From Lama guanicoe (lineage: Eukaryota): 64,000 nucleotides of DNA. Position numbers and translations under genes: made by a program. This document shows positions 37,854 to 64,000 of this stretch, in pieces. The notes under the pieces were generated by a model that worked only from the letters and a program-made list of their open reading frames with translations, had not been told where the DNA came from and did not search any database. The first letter of the stretch is position 1; each line of letters starts with the position of its first letter. The stretch spans positions 3,274,927-3,338,926 of the forward strand of contig MU053513.1 of assembly GCA_013239625.1 (NCBI GenBank), given 5' to 3'.

Positions 37854-38305
37854 TGCACTGGATTTCTAGGGCTGCCGTAACAAAGTAACAAACTAGGTGG
37901 CTTAAAATAACAGAAATTTATTGTCTCACAGTTTTGGAGACTGAAAGTCCAAAATTGAGGTGTTAACAGAACCATGTTGCCTCTGAAACCTGTAGGGGAA
38001 TCTTTCCCTGTGTGTTCCTGATTTCTAGGGGTTTTCCAGCCATCTTTGGCATTCCTTGGCTTGTAGATGTGCCACTTCAACCCTCTGTCTTCACATAGCG
38101 TTCTCCCTGAGTGTGTTTTCACATGGTAATCTTCATAAGGACATCTGTCATATTGGATTAGGGGCCCACTCCACTCCTGTATGACCTCATCTTAAATAAT
38201 TAGATTTGAAATGATCCTATTTCCAAATAAAAGGTCACATTCTGAGGTACAGGGGGTTAGGACTTAATGTATCTTTTTCAAGGGGACACAATTCAATCCA
38301 TAACA
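37854..38305 (-). mobile_element. MLT1 (ERVL-MaLR) solo LTR
   Basis: TG...CA termini; agggctgccgtaacaaag...cagaaatttattgtctcacagttttggag...ggggacacaattcaatccataaca; near-match 5-bp flanks CCTCC/CCTTC. Confidence 0.88.
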
Positions 38306-38435
38306 CCTTCCACTCAATAAAAAATCTGATGTCACTAAATCTAGTTAATCAGCACTAAATCTCCTTAAGATCTCCAAATCACTGTCTTCTCTCCTCTACC
38401 ATCCACTCCACCCTCTTTATTCTCCTCTTATATAA

Positions 38436-38466
38436 ACACACACACACACACACATGCACACACACC
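38436..38466. repeat. Imperfect (CA)n microsatellite
   Basis: cacacacacacacacacatgcacacacac read directly. Confidence 0.85.
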
Positions 38467-38949
38467 CCTGTTCCATTCTAACTTCTTTCTACCTTTATTC
38501 ATCAATTCTCCTCTGGACTACTTGAATAGTTTCTTAAACTATCTTGTCTCTTTGATTCTGGTTTCAATCACACATTCCAAAATCATTTATGCTACCACTC
38601 AGATGATCTTTATAAAATGAAAATCTAATCATGTTATCCCCCCCACTACCACCACCACCCTTTTCCACTCTCCAGCAAGTTACCTTAAAACTCTTCAGTC
38701 ATCTAAAGGAGAAATGGCTAGAACCTACTTCATCTTTTTGTCACTCGCTCACATGCACTCTATCCCCGAACTAAACCAAACTGCTTAGTGTTTCACATCT
38801 CTTTGCTTTTACATATTCTGATCCTTCTATCTAAAATGCTCTTCCCTTTCTAAACACCTGACATATTTTATTAGCCTTTAAACTTCCTTGGCCCACAAAG
38901 GATTATACACTTTTTTGTGCCATTACCCTTCTGAGTATGTTCATCTATT

Positions 38950-39012
38950 ATTTATTTATTTATTTTGTGTATATACACTTTTATTGAAGTATAGTCAGTT
39001 TACAACGTTTTG
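38950..39012 (-). mobile_element. 63-bp L1 3'-terminal insertion with perfect 12-bp TSD
   Basis: T-rich tail plus ttttattgaagtatagtcagtttacaa; TGTTCATCTATT at 38938-38949 and 39013-39024. Confidence 0.75.
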
Positions 39013-39349
39013 TGTTCATCTATTGTTGTACTTACTACATGGTATTCCAACCCAAATATATGTGTTTTTTCTCTTTACTACACCTGAAAAGCCTACCTCA
39101 AAGTCAAGACACCTTTTGGGCTCCTCACACCTAGTATGTAGCCTGTGCCACAGTATACACTATTGAATGAGATTCTTTGTAGTTTTTTTAACAGTAAGGC
39201 CTACTCTGAAACTCTTGTGTAAAGAGGAAGATTTTAAAATGTGCTACCAGAGAGGTTAAACTAAAAAGCAGATAAAAAATAATTTAGGAAACAGTGCTTT
39301 AAAAATTGCTGCTTACTAAAGAGTGATCAAAATAGCTTTAAAATTTGCA

Positions 39350-40020
39350 AATACCCTTACTACATACCTATTAGAATGGTTAATTTTTTTTAAACTGACA
39401 ATACATCAAGTGCTAAAGAATATGTGGTACAATTGAAGTCTCATACGTGGCTGACAGAAATGCAAAATGGAATAGCCACTCTGGAAAATAATTCGGCAGC
39501 TTCTCATGAAGTTAAATATGACAGAGCCATTTCATTCCTATTTAACACAGATAAAACTTATCACACAAAAATCTGTACACAAATATTTGTAACAGCTTTA
39601 TTCATAATCACCAAAAACTAGAAACCCAAATATCCTTCAGTGAGTGAACTGATAAACTGTGCTACATACAAACAACGGAATACTAGTCAGCAACAAAAAG
39701 GCCCCAAGAACATGGATAAATTCTAAAATGCATTATGCTCAGTAAAAGAAGCCGGTCTCAAAAGGTTATATGCTATATGATTGGAGAAAAACAAAACTAC
39801 AGGAAAGGAATGCTTAACCATCCTCAGTGATTGCTGGGTTAAAGTTAGGGGGCAGAGAATCTGGCTACAAAAGGACAGTACTAAGGGAATCATTTGGCAA
39901 TGATAGAATTGTCTTGTATCTTTTGTTTATGGTAGTGGTTCCATGAATCCATAAACGTGCTAAAATTCATAAAAACTGTACACCAAAAAAGTTAATTTTA
40001 TTGTATGTAAATTAAATAAA
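39350..40020 (+). mobile_element. Old L1 (L1MC/MD/ME-like) 3' fragment
   Basis: tacatacctattagaatggttaa...gcaaaatggaatagccactctggaaaata...gtaacagctttattcataatcaccaaaaactagaaac...aaaactgtacaccaaaaaagttaattttattgtatgtaaatta. Confidence 0.8.
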
Positions 40021-42164
40021 CAAATGTATTACTTCCTAGGAATAAGGATAAGCTTTTTCCTCTACTCCCATATACCTTACTTTTAGACTCGAAAAATGAT
40101 TACTTTATGTGGAGAAAAGTGGAACAGACTAAAAGAATGGCTTTGACGTACAAATTCAAGGAGTTTGCAAAAACATTATGGACATTTATCTTAAAAGGCT
40201 GGATTATGAGATAATGATCTATAATTTCAGAGAAAGGCAAAGGCAAAGAGGTACTGAAGAGTAGAGCAAATAGACCTGAAAATTGAAGAATGGATTGTCG
40301 CACTAGTATTCACCTCTATCCTATAGTACCATGACTTAACAATTATATCTTCATTTGATTTGCTTTTCATATGTTTCTGCTACACACAAAATGATTGAAG
40401 AAAGAGTAATTAAATTTTAAGAAGATATAAACCCATTTCTATTTCAGTATTCCAAATCTAAAATAAAAGGGATTAATCTATTGGCTGCAGTTTTTGCATC
40501 AAAAGCTCTAAATGATGAAGACTTTCTTGAAAATCTGGTGGAATTTAATATTGGAGTTAAATGTAAAGGGAAGTTAATACATTTGAGGAAATGACATTCA
40601 GCATATTTAATACTTCATGCCTGTCTCTGCTTGCCTGCTTTTCTTCCATGGCCCTGCTCTCCTTCCACCTTCTATTGCTTCCTCCCTGCCCTCCCAAACA
40701 ATCTGCCATCCCTTTCCTTCCACAGTGCCTTTTAGAAATTTGCACAAGCCTAAAATATCTGCTTTTAGGAATGACCTCATAAAATGTAATTCATTTCAAA
40801 GGCTGTGAATTAAAATGTAGCTAATGGTTAAATTCAAATACCGTTGTGCTCTATTTACAAAGCATGACAATAGGGAATATGTAGTCCAACAGGACATTTA
40901 ATATATAGCTAATGTAATTAATAGCACTACTTTACATTTACTTTTCAAAAAAAGTATGTGTATCATTCAAAGGATACATTTTTCAATATATCTAGCTACT
41001 AATATGTACTTAGAATGCTGAGAAAGAGTTAAATAAAGTCAAAATATTAAAACTGAATTTTGTAAGATAAAATATGCATACATTAACAAAAATATGGCCC
41101 TAACCAGTCCCTGAACAGTTTTTTTTCAAATTTCTATGACTCCTGTAGCTTACTGAATGTATTCCCTGAGTTCCACAAACTTAGTTTCCAATAATAATTT
41201 CTCTGTCTTAGGTCTTTGGGCTAAGATTATGTGACTAAGTCATCTACTGAGATAGAACTGCAGAAATAAAGGGTTTGAGAAGACAACAACTCTTTGCAGT
41301 TACTGAACAACTGATGATCTTCCATTTTCTTTTGCCTATTTATAAAACCAGAAAACCTTTGGGTTAATTCTAAATGGTGATGTGAGCCACATGCCTATGG
41401 GAAAACAGTTCTATAAAATGCTCCCTTGTGAACCAACAATTGAGGTTAAACAAATAAATACTACCTTCCTGCTGCCTTTGTTACTCACCTAAAAAAGATG
41501 GTCAAAAATGAAAATTTGGAAAAGGGAAAAGAGAAGAGGTTGGTGAGTAGAAAATGGAACACCAGGCCACTTGGTAACTACCCCTCTCTGTATTACAAAA
41601 TAACTATTTGCTGAATTTCACCCTTTAGAACTACACTGAATGCCAAAAGAATACTTTAAAATTCTCAATATCATTCTAACAAACTTCAGCAGCATTCAGT
41701 GTTGGAATTTGGGGGTACTAATTAAGAAATCATTAGGTCATAATAATAGTATAAAAAACATCACTTCATTGTAAGAGGGTAAAAGGAAACTTCACATAAG
41801 TCTTCTGATCTAAAAAGAAGGGCTTCTTTTAGCTGAAGTATTTACAATAACATTTGAAACCATAACTTGTATATACAAATAAACTTAAGATGTAATAACA
41901 TGAAGTGTCATAAATCAGAAAAAAGTGCATTAGACTGATTTTTTTCTAACAGAAAAATCATCCCTTTAAAAAGTTCTCATCTCAAGTTATATAACAAGTA
42001 TTTTCTTATATAGAATATATAGATGATAATTCTGAGGTTAATATAATTTTCAATTAAAATATAAAACTTAGCAAATATCATTTTCTTTTGCTCTTGGGAA
42101 AAATGAATTCTAGGTTTCTCATATTAAGACATATTATTTAATTAGTACAAGATGTGATTTGCTA

Positions 42165-63190
<21,026 letters not shown>

Positions 63191-64000
63191 AAAATATATT
63201 TTATAAGACAAAATACTCCAAAAAGGAAACAGATGAATCATCAAATAAAATTCCTCAAAAAAAAAACTTCCTATCAACTGTAAACTCACTACAGAGTTCT
63301 AAATTTATACTTTTAACATGATGACCATTAATGCTCTGAACATTACTTGAGAAAACTAACATCCTTATTCCTCAAAAATGGTTCCTCCAATAATATTCCT
63401 GCTTTTCTCAGTGGTACAACCATTCTTAGGCTAGAAATTTCAATTAGCACTAATGGCTACATTTCCTTTTTACATATCTACTCAATTATTCATTTTTATC
63501 AATTCCTCCTTCAATCTTTGCATTTCCTTCTTCTCTTAGACATTACTATCATCCTAAATAATGCTTTATTAACTTTTAATAGTTTAAAATATCTCTGCTT
63601 TCCATTGTTCCACTGAAATTCATTCAACATATCTTCTTGATCAATTGCACTCCACAGAGCAAAAACATCTCCATGCCTCTTCATTTTCCGTGGGAAAAAT
63701 CTCCAAATTGGCCTTCAAAGGCTAAATTCTGACCCCCAGTCTACTTTTCTAAACTTATCTTACTAGTTCTGTGAGGGAATGCCCTATTTCATCCTAACAA
63801 ATTTCTTCTCTCAACCCTTCGGGTTTCCTCATGTGTTTGTGCTTCAGTTTGCACCACTGCCAGAGGGTGGAATTCCTTTCTAGGCTATTCTATGTACTAA
63901 AAACATTCCCTCCTCTATGTCTCCACACCTAGTCACTCTCTGATCCCTTTAACCTGACTATTTTCTTTATATCTCTTAAATCCATGTGCAATTTACGATA

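Overview
This window is AT-rich, repeat-dense mammalian (eutherian) genomic DNA, not prokaryotic. It contains the complete three-exon coding region of ASB17 on the + strand (ankyrin repeat and SOCS box protein 17; CDS 21560-21957, 32839-33118, 35176-35382; 294 aa). It also contains the last nine coding exons of MSH4 on the - strand (meiotic MutS homolog 4; 62875 down to the stop at 42165). The two genes are tail-to-tail, with about 6.8 kb between stop codons. All exons were rebuilt by hand: every junction is GT-AG and the phases join into uninterrupted frames. Four exons (ASB17 exon 3 and three MSH4 exons) are missing from the supplied ORF track. Two tRNA-derived SINEs of Vic-1 type point to a camelid genome (inference). 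The rest is mostly interspersed repeats: L1 fragments of several ages (some with target-site duplications, one 5'-inverted), L2, MIR, MLT1/ERV LTRs, MER20/MER5-type DNA transposons, and a 3.6-kb decayed LTR-less ERV-L gag-pro-pol remnant in an MSH4 intron. I found no evidence for a novel biological system. The most notable items are modest: an apparent His-to-Tyr change at a conserved MutS-family ATPase position, candidate uORFs and germ-cell promoter motifs at ASB17, and several retroelement structures. Repeat subfamily names, exon numbers and human comparisons come from recalled knowledge and need RepeatMasker/BLAST confirmation.
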